Positions 10,062 to 19,389 of a stretch of DNA of 44,241 nucleotides are shown here, piece by piece. This DNA is from an uncultured Acetobacteraceae bacterium (lineage in GTDB: Bacteria > Pseudomonadota > Alphaproteobacteria > Acetobacterales > Acetobacteraceae). Numbering within the stretch: the stretch's first letter is position 1; each line of letters opens with the position of its first letter. The notes under the pieces were generated by a model that was given only the letters and a program-made list of their open reading frames with translations, was not told where the DNA came from and ran no database searches. The translations under genes were made by a program, and so were the position numbers. The stretch covers positions 1 through 44,241 of the forward strand of contig CAXUNZ010000005.1 in NCBI GenBank assembly GCA_964252525.1, in the 5' to 3' direction.

Positions 10062-10625
10062 TCAAGCAGCCCTGCGACTCAGAAGATCGATAATGTCCCG
10101 TGTCTTGCCGGTCTCTCCCATTTTCGGAAAAACCCAAGTCAGGCTATTGGCGTGAGCATCGGGGCTCAGGTCGGTCATTGCATCCGTGGCCAAGGTCACG
10201 TTGAAACCAAGCTCGGCGGCTTGGCGCGCGGTGGATTCGACACCCAGGCTTGTCGCGACTCCTGCGACCACGACCTGGGTAACGCCCTTGCCCCTGAGAT
10301 ATTCATCAAGGCCGGTGCCGGTGAAGGCGCCCCAGGTCGTTTTTGTCAGCGTGTGATCGCCCGGCTGCTGATTGAGCTCCGGCACGAGGTCTGCAAACCC
10401 GTCGGGACGCGCACCACCGCTGCCGCCCTGCTCCTTGCGACCCGCGGACCCGCTTTTGACGTTGACGAGCACGACGGGCAGGTGATGGGCGCGAAACGCG
10501 CCGGCCAGCTCACCGGCGCGCGCAATGACCTCGCTCAGAGGATGAACCGTGGGGTAGCCCAACATACCATTCTGCAAGTCTATGACGATGAGGGCGGCAA
10601 CTGGATCAAGGGCGGTGATAGGCAT
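10062..10625 (-). CDS. Isochorismatase-family hydrolase, YecD-like (paralogue 1)
   Basis: ALIVIDLQ, K..WGAF.GT.L..YLR, GVATSLGVESTARQA, DAMTD..H..S...FP.MGE. Confidence 0.9.
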   Translation of the reverse strand: MPITALDPVAALIVIDLQNGMLGYPTVHPLSEVIARAGELAGAFRAHHLPVVLVNVKSGSAGRKEQGGSGGARPDGFADLVPELNQQPGDHTLTKTTWGAFTGTGLDEYLRGKGVTQVVVAGVATSLGVESTARQAAELGFNVTLATDAMTDLSPDAHANSLTWVFPKMGETGKTRDIIDLLSRRAA

Positions 10626-10674
10626 CAATTTCCCCTATTGGATGTGCGCGTGGCGCAGTGGTGATATCGAGCGG

Positions 10675-13101
10675 CTACCATTTGTAGCGTAGCTGAACGG
10701 CAAAATTAATCGGCTCTTCCTTGCCACCGACGCTATCGCCGGTTCCGTATGACAGGGGGATGACTGCATCGGTGAGATTCTTGCCAATAAAATCAACTGC
10801 CCATCCTTTGATCGGATCTTCCAGCGTCATTTTAGCATCCAGCCGGAGGCTGCCCGGTACCAAGAACAGGGAATCGTCCGTTCCGAGGCTGTTGTAGTAC
10901 TTCGTCGTGAAGATCGGTGTCACGCTCCCATCAAGAACAAGGTTGTCGTTGAGATGAATCTTGAACTCGCCTGTGACCGAGCCGCTCCAGTTAGCGGCAA
11001 AGTCCAATGGCCTTCCAGCGAGGTTCTGAAGCGGGATGCCCTCGTAGGTTTGCAAGACGGTCGGCGATGCGTTTGGGTATTTGGTGTAGTCGGCATTTAA
11101 ATAGGTGACGTTAGCTGTCACGCGAAAGATCTTGCTGATCGCCCATTCACTTTGCAACTCGACACCTTGCGACACCGCGGTAGCCGCGTTCTGCGGTATC
11201 GTCGCGGCGTTCAGCGCCAACTCGACACGTGAGTTCAACTGCAGGCCAGAATATTGCTCGTGGAAGTAGTCCAGGTTGATGAGCAAGCGGTCGTCGAGCC
11301 ACTTCGTCTTCACGCCGCCTTCAAAGGCGGTCACGAACTCCGGCCCGTAGACGGGATAAATATTAGTGCCGGACGTTGTTGTAAGCGGTGCCGGGGCCGT
11401 GCCAGAGAATCCTCCCGCAAGAAAGCCCCGCGTGTAGGTCGCGTAAAGCATCTTGTCGGGCGTGAGCTGGTACTGCACGCCGGCGGATGGCGTCACGGCC
11501 CTATCTTCCCGAGTGTAGGGATAGGTGCCATATTCCCCAAGGGCGATAGAGGCAAGTTTTTGCAGGTTCTCCGGATAGCTTACCAATCCGCCATAGGTCT
11601 GCGTTTCCCGGCCATAATTCACGTTGCCTACGAAATTCTTGTCGTCCCATATTCCGCGTATGCCGAGGTTGAACTTCAGTTGATCGGTGGCGTGCCAGCT
11701 GAGCGAGTCGAAAAGCGCGTAAATTGATTCGGCCTGCTTGTATCCGATAGCATAGCCGAGCGGCAGTTCGTCGGCAGGGAAGCCCAGGGCGTGCTCAAGC
11801 AACTGGTTCGCGAAAGCAGCGTTGCCGTTTAGGAGCTCCGTGCCGTTGTCTTTCTGAAAATAGCCGCCAATCATGTTTTCGACCGGCAGATTGGCGGGCG
11901 TTGTGGCCCGGAGCTCCTGGCTAAATTGCGAAAACGTCTCTCCGTATTGAACAGTCGTGAGCACGTGGTTTCCCACGTCACCATTATCCTGTTGGGCAGC
12001 GTAGTTATAATCGTAATAGCCCGTAACGGACGTGAGCTTCACGTCCCCCAGGTTGTAGTTCAAGGTGAGTTCGTTTGTGTTGGTCTGAAGGCGCGAGAAC
12101 TGGCCTGCAAGCGTCGAATCGACATCGTTGTGTAAGCCCAAAGGAACATCGAACGCCAGGGCGGCGGGGCATTGCTTGTTGATCGCACTGTCGGGCAGCG
12201 GTGCCGGAGGAGGGCAGTTGGTCCATTGTGACGGCGTTTCATTATAGGCCCCGGTGATGAGGTTGGAGCTATCCTCAACTTTTAAGGTCGCATCAAAGTC
12301 TTCGCTGGGTTTCCAGGAGACGGTGATACGGCCGGCATAGTTTTGTTCACCAGGCGCGGTCTTGTCGGTGTTCAGGTTCTCGATCCAGCCGCTCATGCCG
12401 TTGGTGGTTCCGGCAACACGAATCGACAAGGTGTCGGCCACTGGTAGGCTGGCCGCCCCTTCCAGGGCATAGGCCCCATAAGACCCGTAGAGGGCGCGAA
12501 CGTAGCCGTCATAGTGGTCGTCGGGCTTTTTCGTGGAGATGTTTAGTGCGCCGGAAATGGCATTGTTGCCGAAATAGGTGCTTTGGGGTCCCTTCAGCAC
12601 CTCCACCCTGTCCACGTCCAGAAAGGTGTCCTGAATCATTTTGGACCGGCCGTAATAGATATCGTCTTCAAACACCGCGACCGACTGGTCGAACGTGGGG
12701 TTGTTCGCGCCTGAACCTACGCCGCGCACGGAGAGAGAGTTGCCGATTTGATCGCCTGATGACTGGATATGAAGGTCCGGCAGCACCTGCGACAGGTCCT
12801 GAAGGCTATTAGTGTTCTGGCCGCGTAACGCCTGACCCTGAACCACCTGCACGGTGATGGGCACCCTCTGAAGTCTTTCGGCCCTTTTCTGCGCAGTTAC
12901 GACTACATCCTCTATCTTGCCGCCCACAACGGCCCCCGGCACCCCTCCAGGAGCTGCCGATGTTGCCGCGGCATTCCCATCCTGGGTCGGCGCTGCTGCG
13001 GCAAGGGAGAGCGATGGCCTATAGCTGAGCGTAACCGGCGCGACTGTGAAGGTCAATCCGGCCGTCGATGCAGCGACCATTAAGCGAAGCTTGGAACGCA
13101 T
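10675..13101 (-). CDS. TonB-dependent outer-membrane receptor
   Basis: Signal peptide, TonB box IEDVVVTAQKR, plug motif DRVEVLKGPQSTYFG.NAISGALNI, SQELR, C-terminal aromatic LRYKW; 808 aa. Confidence 0.95.
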   Translation of the reverse strand: MRSKLRLMVAASTAGLTFTVAPVTLSYRPSLSLAAAAPTQDGNAAATSAAPGGVPGAVVGGKIEDVVVTAQKRAERLQRVPITVQVVQGQALRGQNTNSLQDLSQVLPDLHIQSSGDQIGNSLSVRGVGSGANNPTFDQSVAVFEDDIYYGRSKMIQDTFLDVDRVEVLKGPQSTYFGNNAISGALNISTKKPDDHYDGYVRALYGSYGAYALEGAASLPVADTLSIRVAGTTNGMSGWIENLNTDKTAPGEQNYAGRITVSWKPSEDFDATLKVEDSSNLITGAYNETPSQWTNCPPPAPLPDSAINKQCPAALAFDVPLGLHNDVDSTLAGQFSRLQTNTNELTLNYNLGDVKLTSVTGYYDYNYAAQQDNGDVGNHVLTTVQYGETFSQFSQELRATTPANLPVENMIGGYFQKDNGTELLNGNAAFANQLLEHALGFPADELPLGYAIGYKQAESIYALFDSLSWHATDQLKFNLGIRGIWDDKNFVGNVNYGRETQTYGGLVSYPENLQKLASIALGEYGTYPYTREDRAVTPSAGVQYQLTPDKMLYATYTRGFLAGGFSGTAPAPLTTTSGTNIYPVYGPEFVTAFEGGVKTKWLDDRLLINLDYFHEQYSGLQLNSRVELALNAATIPQNAATAVSQGVELQSEWAISKIFRVTANVTYLNADYTKYPNASPTVLQTYEGIPLQNLAGRPLDFAANWSGSVTGEFKIHLNDNLVLDGSVTPIFTTKYYNSLGTDDSLFLVPGSLRLDAKMTLEDPIKGWAVDFIGKNLTDAVIPLSYGTGDSVGGKEEPINFAVQLRYKW

Positions 13102-13234
13102 AGTACTCCCCGCTTTTATTGGCCCACCTTCGGTGAGATGCCGACTTGTTTCGGCGATTACTTACCGCGCGCGCCTTTGTGCGAGAGCGCGGCGAGATCG
13201 TTCTTAGCTGCGCAGCATTCAGCACGCAAGGCCT

Positions 13235-13271
13235 ATTCACGCACTGGGAAGAGTCTTTCACGTATGCGAAA
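13235..13271. promoter_or_regulatory. Operator-like palindromes upstream of the TonB-dependent receptor
   Basis: TTTCACGTATGCGAAA (13256-13271) and a weaker ATTCACGCACTGGGAA 21 bp to the left; the motif recurs across the island. Confidence 0.6.
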
Positions 13272-13325
13272 TGCATTGCTGCTTCGGTCGATGGCAAGCG
13301 GCCACCGTTCTCCGCGCGGGGGTTA

Positions 13326-14078
13326 GTGTCCGTCCGGGAACCCCTTGGGTCGTTTGAGTCACTTGTGATTCGCTGCTGTGTGCACCGATTCGCAGGAGGG
13401 CTTGCATGTGGACCGATGAGAACCGCGCCCGCTACGACCGCAGCAAACTTCGCTATCTCAGTGACCTGACGGATGAGGAGTGGGCGCATGTTGCTCCCCT
13501 GATCCCCAAGGCCAAGCGCGGCGGCAACAAGCGCACGGTTGACGTGCGCGCCGTCCTGAACGGCCTGATGTATGTGCTCAGCAGCGGCTGCCAGTGGCGC
13601 TACATCCCCAAGGACCTGCCCCCACGCAGCACGGTCAACGACTATTTCCGGCGCTGGACTACGACGGCATTTTTTGGTAGACACACTGGGTTTGCTGCTG
13701 CACGCGATCATCCATGCGGCCGACATTCAGGACCGCGATGGCGGTGTGCTGCTGATGAGCACGCTCTTTGGGCTGTATCCGTTCCTGCTGAAGCTCTATG
13801 CCGATGGCGGCTACCAGGGACCGCAATTCCAGCAGGCCTTGAAGCGCGTCTGTCGCGGGATCAACGTCGAAATCGTCAAGCGCTCTGATGCGGCAAATTT
13901 GTGGTTCTGCCGAAGCGCTGGATTGTCGAGCGCACTATTGCCTGGCTCAACCGGTGCGGCAGACTGGCCCAAGATTGGAATGCCTCAACCGCAGCGCCGT
14001 TGCGTTCCTGAAGTGGGCTTCCGTCCGACTGATGGTGAGAAAGCTATGTCGGACAGTAACTTGATTTCGGACAGACTT
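13326..14078 (+). mobile_element. IS5-family (IS1031-like) element with internally deleted, frameshifted transposase
   Basis: MWTDENRARYDRSKLRY.SDLTDEEW..SGCQWR.IPKDLPPRSTV joins directly to RRHFLVDTLGLL, so the DSQS/GYD region is missing. Imperfect IRs GTGTCCGTCCG...CGGACAGACTT are flanked by TTA on both sides. Confidence 0.92.
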
Positions 14079-14129
14079 TTAGGCGCCGCGGCAATTGCCT
14101 CTGCTGTCAGCGGCTGGTGAAAAGCTAGA

Positions 14130-15368
14130 TCAATGCCGAAGACGCGGCGCTTTAAAGAAGACCCGGCTCGCGTCCGGCATCAGGCTCTTTTCTAAGAATG
14201 GAGCCAGCGCCAAAATGCAGGCGGCCGACCCGCAAAGCGCAGCAATCATAAGGGCGAAGCCCGCGGCGAAGGTGCCTGTGGCGCCTACCAGAAATCCGAT
14301 GGTGGCTGGCGCGACAATACCGCCCAATTGCACAACCGTGTTGAACACGCCCTGGTAGGAGGCCCTGAAATGCCTTGGTGCCAGATCAAGGATGACGGAG
14401 CTGAGCGTGGGCTGGATGCAGAACAGGAAAGTAGCAGCGCCGCATAGCCCCGCAAGCGACATGGGCAAGGAGCTGGCCTTGTAGGCCGCCAGAAGCGAAA
14501 GTCCCGCGCCAAGACAGGAGCCGGTGATCAGTTCCAAACGGCGATGATACAGTCGCGAACTGGCGAGCCAGCCGCCGAGCAGGATGCCGAACAAGCCGAA
14601 TAAATAGGGCACACTGCTGATGGGTCCGAGTCTCTGCAGGTTGATATGCCGCTCCAGAGCAAGGTAGCTCGGCATCCACCCCGAATAGCCCCAGTTGGCT
14701 GTGGTGAACGCAAAGCCGCCCAACGAGGCAATCCACAAGCTCGGCAGTTTCAGGACGCTGGTGAATGGGATCGAATCGTGTGATGCGCAACCATCGTTTA
14801 TGGAAGCCGCAGGCGGCCGTTCGGGCAATAGGAGCAGGCAGATCAGGGCAGCCAGCACCGACGGTGCCGCCACGATCACGAACATCACGTGCCAACCGTA
14901 GCCACTGACGAGCTTGCCGATCAGCGGCCCGGCGAATGCCGGCGCTAGCGGTATGGCGGTGCTGAAGATCGACAGCGCCCGTGCACGCTGCCTGGATGAG
15001 AAGTTCTCGCCTATCGCCTTGGATGTCGATGTGGCGAAAAGGCCCTCGGACACTCCGAGGAGCGCACGCACGACGCACAATCCCAAGACGGTGGCAACGA
15101 GTGCGGTTGACCCGGTGAATATGGCCCAGAGCAGCGGACCAGCAACGAGCATCAACTTCGCACCCCACCGATCCGCGATCATTCCGCCCGGCAACTGCGC
15201 CACCAGATGGCCGATCCCGAAGGCGGAAAGCACGATCCCGAACTGGGGCGCCGACATCGACATTGACTTCATCATTGTAGGGCCGGCGAAGCTTATTGCA
15301 ACGCGATCGAGGTAGGCCACGAGCAAGAGGAACCACAGAGCTGACAGGATCCGTCGTTTGGCGCTCAA
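14130..15368 (-). CDS. MFS transporter, anion:cation symporter (ACS)-like (paralogue 1)
   Basis: AYLDR, QLPGG.IADRWG, RALLG..EG, GW..MF, WMPSYL; about 12 TM. Start placed at TTG 15368 behind AAGGAG (ORF extends to 15428). Confidence 0.9.
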   Translation of the reverse strand: MSAKRRILSALWFLLLVAYLDRVAISFAGPTMMKSMSMSAPQFGIVLSAFGIGHLVAQLPGGMIADRWGAKLMLVAGPLLWAIFTGSTALVATVLGLCVVRALLGVSEGLFATSTSKAIGENFSSRQRARALSIFSTAIPLAPAFAGPLIGKLVSGYGWHVMFVIVAAPSVLAALICLLLLPERPPAASINDGCASHDSIPFTSVLKLPSLWIASLGGFAFTTANWGYSGWMPSYLALERHINLQRLGPISSVPYLFGLFGILLGGWLASSRLYHRRLELITGSCLGAGLSLLAAYKASSLPMSLAGLCGAATFLFCIQPTLSSVILDLAPRHFRASYQGVFNTVVQLGGIVAPATIGFLVGATGTFAAGFALMIAALCGSAACILALAPFLEKSLMPDASRVFFKAPRLRH

Positions 15369-15437
15369 CGATCGTCTCCTTACCTGCTCACCCTGAGATA
15401 CGGCATATGCGACCAACTCACGGCTCAATCGACGAGG

Positions 15438-16349
15438 TTATGCTGCCTGGATGTCTTCCGGACGCCCATAAAGTCGGACTGGATTTTCCACGAGGATCAT
15501 AGGTTGCGATTCCATATCGTCACTCCACCCCGTCAGCAGCTCTAGCAATGCATGGGTTTGCGGGACTTCATCGGCGTCAATTAATGCAACATGGGGCCAA
15601 TCACTGCCCCAGAGGACCTTGTTGGGACAACTCTCGATCAGAGCTTTCGCCAGAGGTTGCATCGCCTGCCACGATGGTCTGGCCATGCGGTACTTGCCTG
15701 AAAGCTTCACATAGCAATTGTCGTTGTTTAGCAGCTTCAGCAAAGCCTGGAACTGCGCGCCTGGCCCTTCGGCGGGATCGCAGCCTCCGAAATGATCAAT
15801 CACCAGGGGAACAGGAAGCCTAAGCAGCGAATCCAAATTCGCCACCAGTTCGTGCCCTTGCAGCGCGAATTGTATGTGCCAGCCGAGCTGCACAATGCGT
15901 TCAGCCAATGGTGCGGCCGCATGCAGCGGCACGCCACCGGGCAGCGCTTTGAGGATGAGCACGCCGCGAACGCCCGCGGCGTGCATCCAAGTCAATTCAG
16001 CATCTGACACATCGCGTGAAACGACCGCTACGCCGCGCAGGCGGCCCGGGCAGGCCTGCAGCGCGCTCAATAGAGCACTATTGTCGGTGCCATGCACGCT
16101 GACTTGGACCAGAACACCGCTTTGCAACCCGAGCGTATCAAGAAGCGCGAGGTAGGCGTGCAGCGTTGCTTCCGGCGGGTCGTAGCCGCGCGGACCCACC
16201 CAAGGAAATTTAGGTGGTGTTTCAATGACGTGTGCATGAGTGTCCCATACCCCGGCGGGACAACAATCCCCGAAGGCCTGCGTGGTGCGTGTGGGGGAGC
16301 GCAAGCAAACGGTGCGCCAGCCGAATTCTTCACGCGCGTTGCCGTTCAC
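15438..16349 (-). CDS. Amidohydrolase_2 family protein (LigI/lactonase-like)
   Basis: P.G.WDTHAHV, VLVQVSVHGTDNS, LRGVAVV, GWHIQ, VIDHFG, YVKLSG, LWGSDWPH. Confidence 0.88.
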   Translation of the reverse strand: MNGNAREEFGWRTVCLRSPTRTTQAFGDCCPAGVWDTHAHVIETPPKFPWVGPRGYDPPEATLHAYLALLDTLGLQSGVLVQVSVHGTDNSALLSALQACPGRLRGVAVVSRDVSDAELTWMHAAGVRGVLILKALPGGVPLHAAAPLAERIVQLGWHIQFALQGHELVANLDSLLRLPVPLVIDHFGGCDPAEGPGAQFQALLKLLNNDNCYVKLSGKYRMARPSWQAMQPLAKALIESCPNKVLWGSDWPHVALIDADEVPQTHALLELLTGWSDDMESQPMILVENPVRLYGRPEDIQAA

Positions 16350-16374
16350 GCATGCAAATCACCATCCGCCAAGC

Positions 16375-17226
16375 TCAATTGCGGCATTTGGCAAATCGGC
16401 CAAGCGTGCAAATGATCTCGCTGTTGGCGCCTATCCGATTGTGTTCGGCTACATGACGATAGAGCCTCGCCGCGCCGCTCAGCATCTCGGATGCACCGCG
16501 CTCCGGTTCAAGGAACTTGGCGATCTCCTGCATTTCATCATCCCAGCGATGCGCCTTGGCAAACATCGCGGGCAGCGTCTTGCAGAGCCACGCATATATG
16601 GTTGGCTGGGTATCTTCCAGTTCTGCGACAAAGGCTTCCGCCGCGCCGGCACGCGCAGCGCCGAGCGCCATCGAGGCGCCGATGGCCTGAATGCCCTTCG
16701 TCACACCGGCATAAGCCATCTTCAGGGCTGAGGCGTCTCCCAGGCTTGCCGATAGCACCTGCGTCTCGATGCCGAGAGCTTTGAGGCTGAGCGCCTCCCG
16801 CTCGGTCGGCCCGGACATGTAGACCCGCGGGCTATATCCATCAGGCCGCGGCGCGAAACCAATGATTGAAGCATCGCCGAAAGAAAGCGCGCGTCGCACG
16901 AAGGGTGCCGCCATGTCATGCAGGGTCTGGGGAGCGATGGCATTGCAGTCGAGGAATGTCGGCTTGTTCGCGGAGTGCTCGATAACGGGCAGGTAGCGCT
17001 CCGAAATTGCCCGTGCGGAGGCGGGCGGCACTATCGAAAGCAGCATGTCGGCCTGGCTGATCATGGCCGCGTCGCTCAGCGCTTCGACACCGGCTTGCCT
17101 GGCACGATCGATGCTCGCTGCACTCCGCCCTTCGAGGGAGGTCAGGACGCGCGCGCCCCGTTCGACTAATCGCTGGGCAATGCCTGATCCCATTTCACCC
17201 ATGGAGACGATGGCGATGGTAGGCAC
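16375..17226 (-). CDS. NAD(P)-dependent oxidoreductase (6-phosphogluconate/3-hydroxyisobutyrate dehydrogenase-like, DUF1932 C-terminus)
   Basis: IAIVSMGEMGSGIA Rossmann motif, LSIVPP, DCNAIAP, GDASALKMAYAG.TKG, AHRW..EM.EIA. GTG start at 17226 behind GAGGAAG. Confidence 0.87.
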   Translation of the reverse strand: MPTIAIVSMGEMGSGIAQRLVERGARVLTSLEGRSAASIDRARQAGVEALSDAAMISQADMLLSIVPPASARAISERYLPVIEHSANKPTFLDCNAIAPQTLHDMAAPFVRRALSFGDASIIGFAPRPDGYSPRVYMSGPTEREALSLKALGIETQVLSASLGDASALKMAYAGVTKGIQAIGASMALGAARAGAAEAFVAELEDTQPTIYAWLCKTLPAMFAKAHRWDDEMQEIAKFLEPERGASEMLSGAARLYRHVAEHNRIGANSEIICTLGRFAKCRN

Positions 17227-17332
17227 TGGGAATCTTCCTCTTTTGATACAGGGCGCCACATATGGAACGAGGGTCGGGCTGGTTATCTAAACGGTCACGT
17301 GTCATGTTCCGCGCCCATCCTTGTAAAAGCTT

Positions 17333-17369
17333 TTTGATGGATGTAAACTGCCTTTTCACGTGCAGGAAA
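17333..17369. promoter_or_regulatory. Tandem operator-like sites in divergent promoter region
   Basis: TTTCACGTGCAGGAAA (17354-17369) and TTTGATGGATGTAAAC (17333-17348), offset by 21 bp. Confidence 0.55.
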
Positions 17370-17383
17370 TAACACGGCGGAAC

Positions 17384-18610
17384 ATGGACAGTGTTCGTGT
17401 GGCAGGCGTCATCGGCGCTGGCGTGATGGGCGCCGGCATCGCTGCGCTGTTTGCCAATGCCGGCGTCGGCGTCATCCTGCTCGATCTGGATCCTTCCCTT
17501 GCGGCCGCAGGCCTTGCCAGGCAGGTCAAGCTGGGAGCGTTCGACGATGCAACCCTGGTCGATGGTATTCGGGTTGGATCGAGCGTCTCCGACCTGGCGC
17601 TTTTGGCTCAAGCAGATTGGATCGTCGAGGCCGCAATCGAGCGGCTGGATGTGAAGCGGCAGATATTCGGCGCGCTTGACGGTGTGCGGAAGCCGGGATC
17701 CATCGTCTCCTCCAATACCTCCACGATCCTGTTGGCCAAATTGATCTCGGGGATGGATCTCGCCAAAGCCCAAGACATTCTGATCACGCATTTTTTCAAT
17801 CCGCCGCGCCTAATGCCGCTGATGGAACTGATCGCGGGCCCGATTGCGCGGCCCGAAGCAGCCGAGCAGGTCGCCGAGTTCGCGGAACGCCGGCTTGGCA
17901 GGTTCGTCGTGCGTTGCCGGGACACGCCGGGCTTCATTGCGAACCGCATCGGAAATTACTGGATGGCGGTCGCCCTGCACGAGGCCGTTGCCAATGGCCT
18001 GGACGTCGAGGAAGCGGATGCCGTCATCGGCAAGCCCTTTGGCCTGCCCGCAGGCATATTCGTTTTGCTGGATCTGGTGGGCATCGACCTGCTGCCAGCG
18101 GGCTGGGCCAGCCTGCAATCATCTCTGCCAGCCGAAGACCCGATACAAGCCTACCCGGCCGAGCCACCCCTCATAGCGCGCATGATTGCCGAGGGCCGTA
18201 TCGGCCGCAAATCCGGAGCAGGCTTCAGGCGTCGCGCGCAGGACGGAACATTCGAGGTGATCGACCTGGCGAGTGGAGAATATCGACCGTCGCGGCCGGT
18301 CGTGTCTGCGGCGTTGGACGCCTCGCAGAACGATTTGCGTGCCCTCATGTCGCATGAAAGCCCAGGCGGCCGGTTTGCCGCGACGGTTATGGAAAGCACT
18401 CTGGCCTATGCAGCATCGCTTGTCCCGGAGATTGCCGACTTGCCACAGGCCATCGATCAGGCGATGCGGTGGGGCTATGGCTGGCAACAGGGTCCGTTCG
18501 AGCTGATCCAGCGCATTGGCGCGAAATGGCTGGTGGACCATCTAGGCCTACGGCACTTTCGGGTTCCGCAACCGCTTGTGAATTTGGCGTCCGGGCTTTC
18601 GCCAGGCTAG
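17384..18610 (+). CDS. 3-hydroxyacyl-CoA dehydrogenase (FadN-type N-terminal part, no hydratase domain)
   Basis: VIGAGVMGAGIA, DWIVEA.IERLDVK, SSNTS, THFFNPPRLMPLME, DTPGFIANRIG, IDQAMRWGYGW..GPFE. Confidence 0.9.
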   Translation: MDSVRVAGVIGAGVMGAGIAALFANAGVGVILLDLDPSLAAAGLARQVKLGAFDDATLVDGIRVGSSVSDLALLAQADWIVEAAIERLDVKRQIFGALDGVRKPGSIVSSNTSTILLAKLISGMDLAKAQDILITHFFNPPRLMPLMELIAGPIARPEAAEQVAEFAERRLGRFVVRCRDTPGFIANRIGNYWMAVALHEAVANGLDVEEADAVIGKPFGLPAGIFVLLDLVGIDLLPAGWASLQSSLPAEDPIQAYPAEPPLIARMIAEGRIGRKSGAGFRRRAQDGTFEVIDLASGEYRPSRPVVSAALDASQNDLRALMSHESPGGRFAATVMESTLAYAASLVPEIADLPQAIDQAMRWGYGWQQGPFELIQRIGAKWLVDHLGLRHFRVPQPLVNLASGLSPG

Positions 18611-18636
18611 ACCGACCTCTTGCGCAAGTGCGCGGT

Positions 18637-19389
18637 TCAATGCGCCGCTTGCGCGATCTTGTCAGCGGCGCGCTGAGCCAAAGTCTTTGCGGCGATCCTG
18701 AGAAGGCCCTGCTCGTTGCCGAAAACAAAAAAATTGGCGCCGGCGGACAGCCACGGCGCCATCTCGGCCGTGTCCCCGATCACGATGGCGCCCAGCTTGC
18801 CGTTGGCGCGCGCCGCACCCAGCGCGTGTCGCGCACCCCGTAGCACGCTATCCGCCTCCATCGACATCAACCCCATCGCCAACGCGAGATCGGCCCGCCC
18901 CACGAGCAGGCCCGCCACACCCGGAACGGCGGCGATGGCGTGCGCGTTTTCTACGGCGGCGGAGCTTTCGATCTGACAAATGATTTCGGCACGGTCGCCG
19001 ATCTCAACCGCCTCCTCGATCATGGTCGCCCCATAGCGGCCGAAGCGGGCTGAGTTGGAAAAACCCCTCTCGCCGCCCCTAAAGCGGGCTCTGCGCACAA
19101 TGGCCAGCGCTTGCTCCGGCGTATCCACGTGCGGCACCACCAGACCGGTTGCGCCGAGATCGAGGGACTGCAGGATCGTTGCGGGCGCGTGGTCGCAAAT
19201 GCGAACGAAAAGCGGGAATTGGGCCGCCAGCCCGCCAAGGATCATCATATCCAGGCCCGCGCGGTCGAACGGGGCATGCTCGGCGTCGAGAATGCCGAAG
19301 TCGAGACCACTCAACGCGAGCACCTCGACGATCTGAGCAGAGCAGGTCTTGATGAATACGCCTGATCGGATCGTTCCGCGATCAGTCAA
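18637..19389 (-). CDS. HpcH/HpaI aldolase family protein
   Basis: G.DF.ILDAEH, VR, LDLGA.G.VVPHV, RG, CQIES, G..DLA; TTG start overlaps the stop of the upstream cupin-like gene. Confidence 0.9.
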   Translation of the reverse strand: MTDRGTIRSGVFIKTCSAQIVEVLALSGLDFGILDAEHAPFDRAGLDMMILGGLAAQFPLFVRICDHAPATILQSLDLGATGLVVPHVDTPEQALAIVRRARFRGGERGFSNSARFGRYGATMIEEAVEIGDRAEIICQIESSAAVENAHAIAAVPGVAGLLVGRADLALAMGLMSMEADSVLRGARHALGAARANGKLGAIVIGDTAEMAPWLSAGANFFVFGNEQGLLRIAAKTLAQRAADKIAQAAH

